DNA of 64,000 nucleotides from Nanobdellota archaeon (GTDB lineage Archaea; Nanobdellota; Nanobdellia; Pacearchaeales; GW2011-AR1): NCBI GenBank assembly GCA_038044745.1, contig JBBSZK010000002.1, positions 35,790 to 99,789 of the forward strand, read 5' to 3'. Shown piece by piece: positions 46,701 to 56,355 of this stretch (position 1 is its first letter; each line of letters starts with the position of its first letter). The notes under the pieces were generated by a model. It saw only the letters and a program-made list of their open reading frames with translations, ran no database searches and was not told where the DNA came from. The position numbers and the translations under genes were made by a program.

Positions 46701-49521
46701 ATTTTATGGTTACGACTCACACGGTAATCTTATCAATTCTACTGACGCGCTTGGAAGAGTGACTAAATATATATACGGTTTAAGAGACCCAACAAATACT
46801 TTTGTTGATCAAACTGTGAACTCAAAAGGTCACGTATCAAATTATATATATAATTTGGGAACAGGAAATATCCTTTCAGAAATAGACCAAAATGGATTCT
46901 CACATAATTATACTTACGACTCATTTGGTCGTATAACGAATGAAATTTCCCCTTACGATTCTTTCATTTACCCAACTATTAATTATGTGTATGAATTTGA
47001 TGGCATTGCACCTGAAAAAATAATTATTAAAAAAAGGGAACAGAACGCTTCAGTGCAAACTTTAGATGAATATAGGATTTATGATGGATTTGAGAGAACT
47101 ATTCAGACAAAAAAAGAAGCGTCAAACTCAAAACAAATTCAGACGGACATATATTATGATGAATCAGGACGTATAGCCTATCAAAGTAACCCTTATAGTG
47201 TTTTATTTAATGCCAATTATTCTGCTCCAAATTCAAGCGTAAATAGGACCCAATATATTTATGATGCGCTTAATCGAATTATTCGAATAATCAATTCTGA
47301 TGGGTCAAATAAGAGAATAGAATATTCAGCATTCAATATTACTTATTTTGATGAAAATAACAATAAAAAAATAACCCATATTGATTCTTATGAAAAAATT
47401 ATTGCGATTAACGAATTTGATAATGCTGAATCTTATTCCACACAATATATTTATGATGGGGCAGGCATTTTAGTATCTATAATAGATTCTCAAAATCATA
47501 CAACTAATTATACTTATAATTCGTTAGGTAGAAAGATTTATGTTAAGGACCCTGATATCGGTATTTGGAATTATACTTACGATTCTGTTGGCAATTTAAT
47601 CTTACAAAAAGATAATCGCAATAAGATCTTAATATTTAGTTATGATTCTTTAAATCGTAAAATATCTGAGAATAGTTCAACTAATAATATAACTTACGTA
47701 TACGATGAAAATCTAAACGGAACTCTATCCCGCATCCAAAATAGTTTTACTATTATTAATTACACTTATGATAATAGATTAAGAAAACTTAAGGAAAACA
47801 TCCTTGTTGATCAACGCACATTTTCTATTGAATACGATTATGATTCTTTGAATAGAATAACATATAAGTCTCTTCCAAGCGGGGAAAATATTAATTATAC
47901 TTATGATGAGCAAGGTTTAACTTCTGAACTTAAAGGTCTAATTAATATTTCTTATAATGAGGTTGGAAACCCATCTTCTATTATTTATTATAATGGGGAT
48001 TTGACTAATTATACTTATGATCTCGCTAATTTCAGATTGAAAAGAATTCAGACCTCTAACAAACAAGATCTCTCTTATCAATACGATCAAGTCGGAAATA
48101 TTCTTGAAATTAATGATAGTGTAAATAATAGGTCTACATCTTTAACTTATGATGATCTTAATAGACTTACTCGATCTAATATTTCTACTTCCGTAGAAGA
48201 AGATCTGTCAATATTTAATTATAATTCAATAGGCAATATGCTTAATAGTTCATCTAAAGTAAGATCAATTAAATTCTTTTATAATAATTCTCGTGCCCAT
48301 GCTCCCTATAAAGTAATCTTCTTTGATGCAGCTCCGTCAATTTCATTTGCTAGTCCAACTCCTCTTAACGGTACATCATCTTCTTCCGATAGTATTTATG
48401 TTAACATCTCAAGTTCAGATAATGGAATACATTATACTTTTGCAGACTTTAATAGCGATGTGAATCTTTGGATGCGCATGGATGATCTAGATACAAGCAA
48501 CGACTTCGTTGATTTGAGTACTTATAGTCTCAATGGGTCAAGAAAAGGCAATACATTAACCAGTACAGGAAAATTCGGTAATTCAATAAGTTTAGATGGT
48601 AATGGAGACTATATTTACATACCTGCAGATAAAAGTAAATTACCTCATAACAAAACAACTATCTCTGCATGGATAAAGCCTTCCTCAAATATATCTGGAG
48701 ATAATTATAGAACCATAGTTGGTACTTATACTCAATATCAGGGAAGTAATAAAGGAGGGTATGGTTTACGTATAATTAGTGAAGGAACCAATTATAGTAA
48801 ACTAGAATTCTTTTACTGGAATGGATCTAAATATAATACATTAGTTGGTAATTCTACTATTCAATTAGGCAGTTGGAATCTAGCTACAGCAACATACGAT
48901 GGACAAACAATCAAACTTTACCTCAATGGACAAGAAGATGGTTCTTATATTGCACCCGAAGGCTTCATTCCCATGAATGACTTGTATATTGGAGCATTAA
49001 ACTTCTCCACAACAGGAATTATCGATTACTGGAATGGATCTGTTGATGAGGTTTTGATGTTTAGAAGAGCGCTTTCTGGAAATGAAATAAGTAGTATCTA
49101 TAATGCTAAAACGAATCAATACTATCATGAGTTCACTTCATTATTAAGCGGAAGTCATAACTTTATAGGCTATGCCGTAGATGCTGCAGGTAATAAAAAC
49201 CAAACAGAAAAAAGAACTGTAAATTTATACTCTATAATTGATCTGACAAATCTTTCAGTAATCTACACTAACAACCGTCAAAGAGTATTCAGATTTGTTA
49301 TATTTAATAACTACAATACTACCGTCAGCAATATCTCTTGGAGTCTTGATAATGGGCAAACAACACAAAACTCTCAATATAATGCCTCTCTTCAATCAGG
49401 AGAAGATTTATTTGTATATACTTACTATAACTATACGAGCACAGGTAATTATACAGTTATGGCAAGCACTACTAATGGGCAATACTCAGATAGCGAGAGT
49501 ATACAAATACAGGTAATATAA
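43783..49521 (+). CDS. TcB/teneurin-like giant protein (1912 aa): SpvB domain, FG-GAP beta-propeller repeats, RHS/YD repeats, C-terminal LamG-like domain; no RHS core or toxin tip
   Basis: SpvB block GAFTQNFPIQLPLGTNGLKPSLSLYYNSH...GNGWDV. Six FG-GAP-like repeats (DINRDGKVDLL, IDINGDGFTDIV, ADLNGDSLPDLA, NDLNGDGLADVV, IDINGDNLIDVI, ADINGDGITDFI). Many YD repeats (YDSHGNLINSTDALGRVTKYIYG, YTYDSVGNLILQKD...). LamG block NLWMRMDD...DGNGDYIYI...WNGSVDEVLMFRRALSGNEISSIY. N-terminal signal/TM. Confidence 0.75.
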   Translation: MRRKSKIVITLVFFICLVIIAMSSVKAIGPLPIYLQDPIVPDSPLSLQSRSETDVYTGAFTQNFPIQLPLGTNGLKPSLSLYYNSHMFDSPRQSLIGNGWDVQLNYIERRTNYTASNISDDYYVIVFNGIKEENLIYDPVQRSYETKIRNFFYISNLSGGQGTGGLYWTVKTGDGSIYRFGYWNNSLLKAGLYNYTSRWYLDLVNDTYGNQIFYNYSINPYANDSSAVYPLSIEYNNDRQRKIEFVLTSVDRIDKKTQYIEGSFIRLSRAIKEVRILANGSLVRKYDLGYNGTDYRNLLINLTEFGSNNSLSLSPISFNYSSSSKNFTNINSQWSIPSGVFFHIGWTNGGSDTGVRLADINRDGKVDLLKAYCNSNTYSCYQNPNQIDRAVWLNNGSGWTSSNLQLPPIPFGVSYNWDSGARIIDINGDGFTDIVQTWIDDQDPNKVIRETWLNNGTAFINNTNWSIESDIFFHMGWVDGGSDTGIRIADLNGDSLPDLAKSYCNNPPWLCSNPERKVWINTGKGWRNDSGISLPPVTFRVSNHAEPGTFINDLNGDGLADVVQYWRQDDFSSDQPTQLSVWLNNGSGFNNFTSNWSMPSEAFYVGYTNGGMDNGVRLIDINGDNLIDVIQARCYSNTRGCYDSPGLIQKNVWLNNGKGWVLDQNWSLPDPIALINNYNWDPGTRMADINGDGITDFIQLWQDGSDEIKDIWINNGQKGYILQSVKNQFGGITRASYKQSTLLNNTGVDTLNDIGFNLWVVENISKDNGLNTSHKVIQVARYNYVGALYEYPTKEYRGFAYSRENLSEGIIKEHYFLQEEGNRGQEYLIKLSNKSGSLYTTIYRDWKLSFSNGLYKLELKNITELVYDGLAINPRPRLTVFNYDQFGNIIVKQLLGDPQNLEDDTYEYFEYATNNSTWIINKVKNYTLYGSDNQTKFRQTLYYYDNLVYGGSPTKGSITKKEEWLSGGTNPLTFYGYDSHGNLINSTDALGRVTKYIYGLRDPTNTFVDQTVNSKGHVSNYIYNLGTGNILSEIDQNGFSHNYTYDSFGRITNEISPYDSFIYPTINYVYEFDGIAPEKIIIKKREQNASVQTLDEYRIYDGFERTIQTKKEASNSKQIQTDIYYDESGRIAYQSNPYSVLFNANYSAPNSSVNRTQYIYDALNRIIRIINSDGSNKRIEYSAFNITYFDENNNKKITHIDSYEKIIAINEFDNAESYSTQYIYDGAGILVSIIDSQNHTTNYTYNSLGRKIYVKDPDIGIWNYTYDSVGNLILQKDNRNKILIFSYDSLNRKISENSSTNNITYVYDENLNGTLSRIQNSFTIINYTYDNRLRKLKENILVDQRTFSIEYDYDSLNRITYKSLPSGENINYTYDEQGLTSELKGLINISYNEVGNPSSIIYYNGDLTNYTYDLANFRLKRIQTSNKQDLSYQYDQVGNILEINDSVNNRSTSLTYDDLNRLTRSNISTSVEEDLSIFNYNSIGNMLNSSSKVRSIKFFYNNSRAHAPYKVIFFDAAPSISFASPTPLNGTSSSSDSIYVNISSSDNGIHYTFADFNSDVNLWMRMDDLDTSNDFVDLSTYSLNGSRKGNTLTSTGKFGNSISLDGNGDYIYIPADKSKLPHNKTTISAWIKPSSNISGDNYRTIVGTYTQYQGSNKGGYGLRIISEGTNYSKLEFFYWNGSKYNTLVGNSTIQLGSWNLATATYDGQTIKLYLNGQEDGSYIAPEGFIPMNDLYIGALNFSTTGIIDYWNGSVDEVLMFRRALSGNEISSIYNAKTNQYYHEFTSLLSGSHNFIGYAVDAAGNKNQTEKRTVNLYSIIDLTNLSVIYTNNRQRVFRFVIFNNYNTTVSNISWSLDNGQTTQNSQYNASLQSGEDLFVYTYYNYTSTGNYTVMASTTNGQYSDSESIQIQVI

Positions 49522-51071
49522 TGAAAAACAAAATTGCTATAATTATGACTTTTATTTTACTGGCAAGTAGCTTAAACTTTGTTTCGGCAGCCATAACGAC
49601 TGAGAAAGGCCCTAACTATGAAACTACATGTGAAAACAATATATGTCAGACCACTATTTATTCATATCAGAAGTATTGGAGGAGTAACGATGAATGGGAA
49701 GAAGTAGATGAAAGGTTTTCTGATTGCTCTGAAAATGGAATGACCAAGTATTGCTCTGGGAACTATCATTTTAAGGCAGTCGCAGATAATAACGGGACTA
49801 TATCTGCGCTGATGAATGGAGAGGAATTCACTCTTGGTTTGCTTGATATTTTAGGCAGAAATCGTAATTTTAACCCTGTAATCCAAGATAATGCTATAGT
49901 TTATCGAGAGGTTGTGCCTAATGTTGACCTTAAATATTATTATCTTCCTACTAAGTTAAAGGAAGAGATAGTAATAAAAGAGTCTTTCCAAGGCCTACCT
50001 AACAGAGATTTTGATATTACATTTAATAAGAGGGGAAACGCAAGATTCCATGTACAAGACAGCATTATATGTGATAACAGGGGTGTTTGTGAGAAGATTC
50101 GGCATGAAATAAATGAAAATGGTATAACAATAACAGTGCCAATTGCTTTTCTGAATGATGAAAATATCGAGTACCCTGTTACAATTGATCCTACAATTGA
50201 ACTTAATGATTCTTCTATTTATTGGAATGGTTATGTAACGAATACCACTCAAACTGGAATAAGTGTTTATAATCGGACTACCAACCCTGCCTCTAATCTT
50301 TACCTCTCAACCAGACCCGTACAACCTGGACAAACTATTAAGGCAAGAAGCGATATAGACTGGAATATCTCTTATATCCCCGATGGCTCGGCCATATATA
50401 ATATTACCCTAAGTGTTTATCCAATGGACTCTATAATGCCTGCAATAAATGTTTCTATAAACGTCAGTGCGATGAACGGAAACAGTGCTGACTATTCTAA
50501 TGATGGCGCAGAATGTTATGGAAATTGCCAGTTCTATCAGGATATGGGGGATGGAAACTTGTATGCATACGGCATTTATGAGCCCAACGGAGTAAGAAAT
50601 ATTCAGTTAGGAAACGGCGCATTGATAGATTTTGAAAACAGTCTATCTTCTGATATTTTTAGCACAGGATTATTAAGTTCAACAAGCTTAAGTTGGATTG
50701 GTTCAAGAGATAATACTGACTCAACTAAAAGGCCTAAGCTTACTATTGTTTATGGAGTAAATGGAACGGATTCTGATGCAGCTATAGCAGAAGGAATTTC
50801 TAATTCTGTGCTTGGAGGAGGACTTGTTCCAGTTGAAAATGATCAGCAAATTTATCTTCTTAATAATAATGGACAACATTATTTAGGAACATTTGATAAA
50901 TCTATTGTATATAAGAATCAAACTTGGGGATTCCATTACGTACTTCCAGGAGGTTCCTTCATTAATCTGCCTCCATTATTCAATATTCTAAATATCTGGG
51001 AAAATCAGTCTTTAAGTTATAATGAGATTGCTGGGCAGGTAAAAGCTTATATTAACAGTACGAAGATATAA
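49521..51071 (+). CDS. secreted hypothetical protein (516 aa, Cys-containing N-region, sequon-rich), translationally coupled to the TcB-like gene
   Basis: Signal peptide MKNKIAIIMTFILLASSLNFVSAA. TAATG stop/start overlap at 49519-49523. Confidence 0.5.
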   Translation: MKNKIAIIMTFILLASSLNFVSAAITTEKGPNYETTCENNICQTTIYSYQKYWRSNDEWEEVDERFSDCSENGMTKYCSGNYHFKAVADNNGTISALMNGEEFTLGLLDILGRNRNFNPVIQDNAIVYREVVPNVDLKYYYLPTKLKEEIVIKESFQGLPNRDFDITFNKRGNARFHVQDSIICDNRGVCEKIRHEINENGITITVPIAFLNDENIEYPVTIDPTIELNDSSIYWNGYVTNTTQTGISVYNRTTNPASNLYLSTRPVQPGQTIKARSDIDWNISYIPDGSAIYNITLSVYPMDSIMPAINVSINVSAMNGNSADYSNDGAECYGNCQFYQDMGDGNLYAYGIYEPNGVRNIQLGNGALIDFENSLSSDIFSTGLLSSTSLSWIGSRDNTDSTKRPKLTIVYGVNGTDSDAAIAEGISNSVLGGGLVPVENDQQIYLLNNNGQHYLGTFDKSIVYKNQTWGFHYVLPGGSFINLPPLFNILNIWENQSLSYNEIAGQVKAYINSTKI

Positions 51072-51119
51072 AAAGTGAACAGAAACTTTTATAAGTTAAA
51101 AAGATAACTTATACATAAG

Positions 51120-51272
51120 ATGAAAAGAAAAGAATGGATAATCTTAATCTGTTTAATTATCTCATTGGTAAGTGTTGGGACCCTAACAAAATATAATCTC
51201 TTGTATACCTTTATAGCTGCTATAGCAGGCGGGTTAATTGGTCTTGTTATTTCTAAAGTAATAGAAAGATAG
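51120..51272 (+). CDS. small two-TM membrane protein (50 aa)
   Basis: MKRKEWIILICLIISLVSVGTLTKYNLLYTFIAAIAGGLIGLVISKVIER. Not in the ORF track (<60 aa). Confidence 0.35.
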   Translation: MKRKEWIILICLIISLVSVGTLTKYNLLYTFIAAIAGGLIGLVISKVIER

Positions 51273-51455
51273 ATGCCCTTGCGGTCACTTAATTTCTTTA
51301 TTCCTAATAGTAATCGCCCATAGAAAGGGAGATATAGCGAGAAAGAGGAGAGATTCCTTTACTGCGAATTGGCTAATAAACAAATGGTCGTCCGACGATA
51401 AAATCCTTAATTTTAAAGATTCTACCTGAAAAACCGCTGCAAGATAATTCGCAGT

Positions 51456-53702
51456 TCAATTTTCTCGATTAAGGGCTGCTATTTTTCTTATCAGACTTAA
51501 TTTTGTGCATGTTTCTCCTAACTTTTTATATTTAGGATAAAGATTTCTATCAGTTACTACAAAAAACCATCTTTTCGGATAATTTTTATTCAAATTTTCA
51601 ATTTTATTGTGCAAGTCTTTCTTGTTATATTTTAGAAGCTTGCCTGTTTCGACTTCAATTGCATATTCTTTTTTGTTTATTTCAAAAACTATGTCTGGTT
51701 TGACAGTTTTGTAGGTGAAGACCTTGTCAGTAAATTTTTTAATATAATCTGCAATATCATGCACTAAGAAAACATGCTGAGCACTCTCATTCTTTTCCCG
51801 CCTTACTAGATAAAGCTCTTTCTTTTTTGTTAATATACCTTTGAAATAATATTCTTTATATCCATTGGCTCTAAGATACTTTACTTCATCATCTGTGAGA
51901 TTTTTGTAAAGAACGCAACCATCATCTTTTGTCACTTTAATCTTCTTTTTTTCACGTTCTTTCATCTTCTCCAGTTGAGCATCAATTTTCTTCTGCAAGA
52001 GATCAAGTCTTTCTTTTTCAGTTAAAGGCTTTCTTGCAGCGATAAGTTCGTCAGCTTTTGTGGTTATTACTTTGTGTTCTTCTTCCGAAGCAACTATCTT
52101 TATTTCGGAGTGCTCATCATCCATGATGAGAATACCCTCCCCAGGGTTTGTCGTTAGGATATGATTTGTTTCAGAATCGCTTAATAAGAAAGTACGTTTT
52201 ACATTTTGGATTACTGAAGGTTTTTGTCTGAGTAATAATGTGTAAGAGCTGTTGGCTAAAACCGATTTCCCCGCAGCCGAATCCAGCATGCCTTCTACCT
52301 CCTGATTTATCAAAAATAAGGCAAGATTGAACTTTCGGCAGGTCTTTACAATTTCAAATATATAAGAAGCATCGTGTGCTTGCCTTAACAATGACCAAGC
52401 TTCATCAATTACAAGTAGCTTTCTGCTTAAATCCTGTCTCATATTCATATAGATATAATCTAATACTAAGAACATCATAATTGGTTTCACTTGTTTCGGA
52501 AGCTCACCAATGTCAAAACATACAAACTGATTCTTGAAGTTTATTTTTGTTTCCTGATTAAGGAAAGAGAAAACACCATTCACATATTGATCAAGACGAT
52601 TGATTAAACTAGTAAGTGTGGGTTTTTCTGATAGGCTTATTTTCTTGTTCATCTTCTTTAGAACTTCAAGAACATCTCCCAATATAGGAGGATCTTCTTT
52701 CCATGTTGACACTTGATTCATGAAAATACCTCTTTCTTCATAGGCAAGAGTTAATGTCTTATCAAGAATGGCTTTTTGTGGGTCTGATAGCTCGCCCAGC
52801 ATGATGGGCATCAAGTCCATTAAAGCCAAGCGTTTTTCAGGATAATCGTGCCCCATAAGGTCTAAAGGGTTAATTATTGTCTCAGATGTCCTACTTAAAT
52901 CGATCAATTGCCCTTTAAAACGCTCTACAAGCCCCTTATATTCGCTCTGTGGGTCAATTACCATTACTTTAACACCATTAAGCAAATAGCGTGAAATTAA
53001 TAGTTTAGCCATATAACTTTTTCCTGACCCTGAAGAAGCCAAACAAAGACCATTTGGATTGCTAAGATTAAAGATATCCTTGATAATAGGGATATTATTC
53101 TTATTCTGTCCTAGCCATACACCTGTTTTATCTGCTTGTAGGAAAGACGAGGTAAAGGGAAAGAAGGCTGAAAGGGCTGCAGTAGGCACGCTTCTGCTTT
53201 GTTTTAAGACGTTCATGGCTAAAGGACTGCAGGACTGGAGTCCTTGTGAAATTCTAAAATATGGCTGTTTAGGTATAATAAGCAGGGAATTGAGTTCTGC
53301 TTGTATTCTCTTTGTCAGCAAATCAAGTTCTTCTTTTGTCTTTGCTCTACAATTGATGTAGAGACTTATATTGAACAGTTTATCTTTTCCCTTTTGAAGA
53401 TTAGACAAGATTGCTTTTGTATCTTTATACTTAATTTCCAGACTGGGATTTAAGATATTCTTTAACTTTGAAGCATATAAGTCCGCTCTTTGTTTTTGAA
53501 GTTCTTTATTAAGGTAAACCATCATAGTTTCTATATCGTAAGGTTCGATATGCATTGATAGGTCGAAATTTCCTTGAGTGCTCACTATTTTATCTAGAAA
53601 CCCAGTTTCAACGCTTCTTGGATAGCCATGAGCATAAATGGTTCTGTTTAAAACTACCTCTTGCACAGGCTTATTCTTCTTTCTTTTTCTTAGGAAGTTC
53701 AT
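51456..53702 (-). CDS. VirB4/TrbE/CedB-like transfer ATPase with extra C-terminal Hjc-like PD-(D/E)xK nuclease-fold domain
   Basis: Walker A ASSGSGKSY, Walker B LLVIDEAW. C-terminal ~150 aa contain KPDIVFEINKKEYAIEVETGK, which resembles Hjc/restriction-endonuclease-like motifs (PDI..., IEVK). Confidence 0.7.
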   Translation of the reverse strand: MNFLRKRKKNKPVQEVVLNRTIYAHGYPRSVETGFLDKIVSTQGNFDLSMHIEPYDIETMMVYLNKELQKQRADLYASKLKNILNPSLEIKYKDTKAILSNLQKGKDKLFNISLYINCRAKTKEELDLLTKRIQAELNSLLIIPKQPYFRISQGLQSCSPLAMNVLKQSRSVPTAALSAFFPFTSSFLQADKTGVWLGQNKNNIPIIKDIFNLSNPNGLCLASSGSGKSYMAKLLISRYLLNGVKVMVIDPQSEYKGLVERFKGQLIDLSRTSETIINPLDLMGHDYPEKRLALMDLMPIMLGELSDPQKAILDKTLTLAYEERGIFMNQVSTWKEDPPILGDVLEVLKKMNKKISLSEKPTLTSLINRLDQYVNGVFSFLNQETKINFKNQFVCFDIGELPKQVKPIMMFLVLDYIYMNMRQDLSRKLLVIDEAWSLLRQAHDASYIFEIVKTCRKFNLALFLINQEVEGMLDSAAGKSVLANSSYTLLLRQKPSVIQNVKRTFLLSDSETNHILTTNPGEGILIMDDEHSEIKIVASEEEHKVITTKADELIAARKPLTEKERLDLLQKKIDAQLEKMKEREKKKIKVTKDDGCVLYKNLTDDEVKYLRANGYKEYYFKGILTKKKELYLVRREKNESAQHVFLVHDIADYIKKFTDKVFTYKTVKPDIVFEINKKEYAIEVETGKLLKYNKKDLHNKIENLNKNYPKRWFFVVTDRNLYPKYKKLGETCTKLSLIRKIAALNREN

Positions 53703-54513
53703 TGAATGTTTCCTCCTTTATGATTTTAAGATGAGAAGGGTAATTTTCAATCCTTAATGGATAGAATCCTTCCCGCGCTTCAAAAAACCTTTTTAGCAAT
53801 AGAGTTAATTCAGCGTTGTTGAGCCTAATATTCTTCAGGCTCATTGCAGCTAACTTGCTTTGGCAGATTTGTAATTGGATATTAATATCTGATTTTTCAG
53901 GAATAATAAGATAGAAATTCCGATTTACTACATTATTCTCTTTGGTTAGAGATTCTAAATGCGTTTTATATCCTTTAAAAAGTTCCTTGAATTTGTCAGA
54001 ATCTTGGATTTTCTTTTCAACCTCTTTAAAATAATCGCTAAGATCGAGTGTTTCTGTGCTCATGATTATTTGAACAGGGAAATCCAGAGAATTTAGAAAT
54101 CTTTGAAATGCAAGTGTTATGGCTTCCTTTGACTCTTCGGGTTTTATGGAAAAGTTAATTGGGGTTATTTTGAGAACCGCCAATTTCTTTTTTTCAGCCG
54201 TAATTATAAGATTATTTGATATTTCCTTAACTGGAATGAATTTGGCTAACTTCTGCGGTTTTTCTATTTTCTTTGACCTTAGCCAGAAGAACCAATTTCT
54301 TAAATGCCTTTCAAGATTTAGAAAAATAAAGCCTATGCCTAAAGCTATTAATTGCATGCTTAGAACAATTTTTATGATTAAAATAAAGTTAGTTTTAAAA
54401 AATATGAAAGCTGCTGGTGGAACAAAGATGAAAAGATAAATCAACTGTCTGAATGTGAGCCCGAATATTATCTTTTCTTTATATTCTAGCTTTTGAGGTA
54501 TTTCGTAAGCCAT
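53671..54513 (-). CDS. membrane protein (2 N-terminal TMs + soluble domain), VirB3/T4SS-accessory-like position immediately upstream of the VirB4-like gene
   Basis: TM segments LIYLFIFVPPAAFIFF and IVLSMQLIALGIGFIFL. Overlaps the ATPase gene start by 32 nt. Confidence 0.4.
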   Translation of the reverse strand: MAYEIPQKLEYKEKIIFGLTFRQLIYLFIFVPPAAFIFFKTNFILIIKIVLSMQLIALGIGFIFLNLERHLRNWFFWLRSKKIEKPQKLAKFIPVKEISNNLIITAEKKKLAVLKITPINFSIKPEESKEAITLAFQRFLNSLDFPVQIIMSTETLDLSDYFKEVEKKIQDSDKFKELFKGYKTHLESLTKENNVVNRNFYLIIPEKSDINIQLQICQSKLAAMSLKNIRLNNAELTLLLKRFFEAREGFYPLRIENYPSHLKIIKEETFNELPKKKKEE

Positions 54514-55325
54514 TATAGTTTTGCTCCTAGCCTTTTAGCTCCAGAATAAACATTCAAACCAGCCCTTATTATGGCAAAAGTCATAAGAAACAGCATGATG
54601 ACATCAATCAATAGAAATGCAGAGATGAGGACTAAGATTTTCATGTTGCTAAAAATGCCGATGTTTACTAATTCTGAGAAACCTATAAGCAAAACAGCGT
54701 CGAAAAATGTTACAAAAACTGCAATTCCCAAGAAGTTAAGTATTAGTGAGCCGTACGCTCTTAGTGGCTGCAGAAAATACATAAAAATTCCTATTGGAAG
54801 TAAAACGACTCCGATAGCTACAAAGGCGTATCTTAATGTCAGAATCAAAGTGGTGATAATCAAAACTATAATATAAACTATGCTTAATAGTATGGCCAAA
54901 CCTAAATCTGAAATGTCATTTATAGTAATCAGGAAAAAGTCTGGATCAATAAGAGTTAGAGTTGCCGAAGTTATGGCTGCTGACAAATCAATAAATAACT
55001 GATAAAGGAAAAAGGAAGCTTGTACCAAGATTATCATAATTACAATATTTCTTAGCCATTCTTTCGCATTTTCTCTTTTTTCAACATCATAGCCAGACAT
55101 CATGAAACTCAAACCTGATGCAACTAAAAGCAATGCATAGAACATAGAGAGCATGTAAACAATGATTACCCAGAGCGAAATGAAGAGGGATAGATTGATT
55201 GGCTCTGAAAGCAAATCTAATGTTAATTGCAAAAATGGCTGAATAGGGGCATTAAGAATATCTAAAATAAATTCAAAGAATACCTGTGGCAAGCAAGAAC
55301 CAAGATTAACTAAACCGCAAGCCAA
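54513..55325 (-). CDS. polytopic membrane protein, VirB6/TrbL/CedA-like
   Basis: At least 6 predicted TM helices across 270 aa. Adjacent to the VirB4-like ATPase. No soluble domains. Confidence 0.45.
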   Translation of the reverse strand: MACGLVNLGSCLPQVFFEFILDILNAPIQPFLQLTLDLLSEPINLSLFISLWVIIVYMLSMFYALLLVASGLSFMMSGYDVEKRENAKEWLRNIVIMIILVQASFFLYQLFIDLSAAITSATLTLIDPDFFLITINDISDLGLAILLSIVYIIVLIITTLILTLRYAFVAIGVVLLPIGIFMYFLQPLRAYGSLILNFLGIAVFVTFFDAVLLIGFSELVNIGIFSNMKILVLISAFLLIDVIMLFLMTFAIIRAGLNVYSGAKRLGAKL

Positions 55326-55967
55326 TTATTGTGTGTTTTGTGCTTCTTCTTGATAATTGATTCCTACATTTCTTTTTCTTCTTAAACCAACCAAATCAGA
55401 ACTAACCATAACTAAAACTCCTGGCATAATTGGAAGAACAAGCCTCCAAGATTTCCCAAAAATGTCAAGAGATTTAGTTTCATAATCTCTATATTCGGGA
55501 TGTTTTTGTTCCATTAAAGCTATATCAGATCCAACACTAGAAACAGCCTCTTCGAGACTTTTTGACTGTTCTGGAGAATATGCAAAAAAAGGTCCGAGTT
55601 TTTCCTGTAAGTCGTTTGAACTATATGGAAGCACGCCTTGTAAGAAAACTGGTTCTTCTCTCATCTGGCTCAAAGTCGAAAAAGTTTCGTAAGCTTGCGT
55701 GTATTTATCATATCCTTGGGGTTTCGATGGATAGTTCCCTGCCCAAAAACCTCCAAGTCCCATCCCAATGATTCCTAAAGCTGCACCCCCTTCTGATAAC
55801 ATAACAAGCCCAGTATCAGACACCCTATTTTTTCTGTTTATTTCTGGAATTGATTTAGATTTACCCATCAAAATACACATATCTTTTCGGTATTTAAAAT
55901 TGTGTAACCGAAGCACAAAACCTCCTTTCAATTTGTTGATTATTCGTATAGCCATTTTCTCACCCAT
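55326..55967 (-). CDS. hypothetical membrane-associated protein (transfer module)
   Basis: Gly-rich hydrophobic segment GAALGIIGMGLGGFWAG. Same operon. Confidence 0.35.
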   Translation of the reverse strand: MGEKMAIRIINKLKGGFVLRLHNFKYRKDMCILMGKSKSIPEINRKNRVSDTGLVMLSEGGAALGIIGMGLGGFWAGNYPSKPQGYDKYTQAYETFSTLSQMREEPVFLQGVLPYSSNDLQEKLGPFFAYSPEQSKSLEEAVSSVGSDIALMEQKHPEYRDYETKSLDIFGKSWRLVLPIMPGVLVMVSSDLVGLRRKRNVGINYQEEAQNTQ

Positions 55968-56350
55968 TGCGGTTTAGTTAGAACTGAATAAATGAAATAA
56001 TTGAGAAGAAAGAAAAGAAAGATTTTGATGGATGTAATGAATGTGCTTGTATCTATTTCATTCCAATCGAGCGTCAAATCATTGTCTAGAGGCGGATAAT
56101 CTGGAGGATGATAGCCGTTGAAGCCATATCCTTGATCCCAAAGAATACAAAGAACATCCTGTTCTTCATCATAGGATAAGCCTCCGTCGGAAATAATATA
56201 TTCGCAATCGCTACGCTTGTCTTGTTCTGTAAAATTGACACATTGTAATGGTTGTGGACAGGCGGAAGTAAAAGGCAAAGCCAGCACTCTGATTATGATT
56301 GTAATTGCCAGAGCACTGGCTGCCTTTTTTAGCCAAAATGATTTGTCCAT
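55940..56350 (-). CDS. hypothetical protein with signal peptide and C-terminal TM (start at internal Met, MDKSFWLKKAASALAITIII...)
   Basis: The internal start gives a non-overlapping fit below the upstream gene (56356). Cys-containing extracytoplasmic region. Confidence 0.35.
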   Translation of the reverse strand: MDKSFWLKKAASALAITIIIRVLALPFTSACPQPLQCVNFTEQDKRSDCEYIISDGGLSYDEEQDVLCILWDQGYGFNGYHPPDYPPLDNDLTLDWNEIDTSTFITSIKIFLFFLLNYFIYSVLTKPQWVRKWLYE

Positions 56351-56355
56351 CTTGT

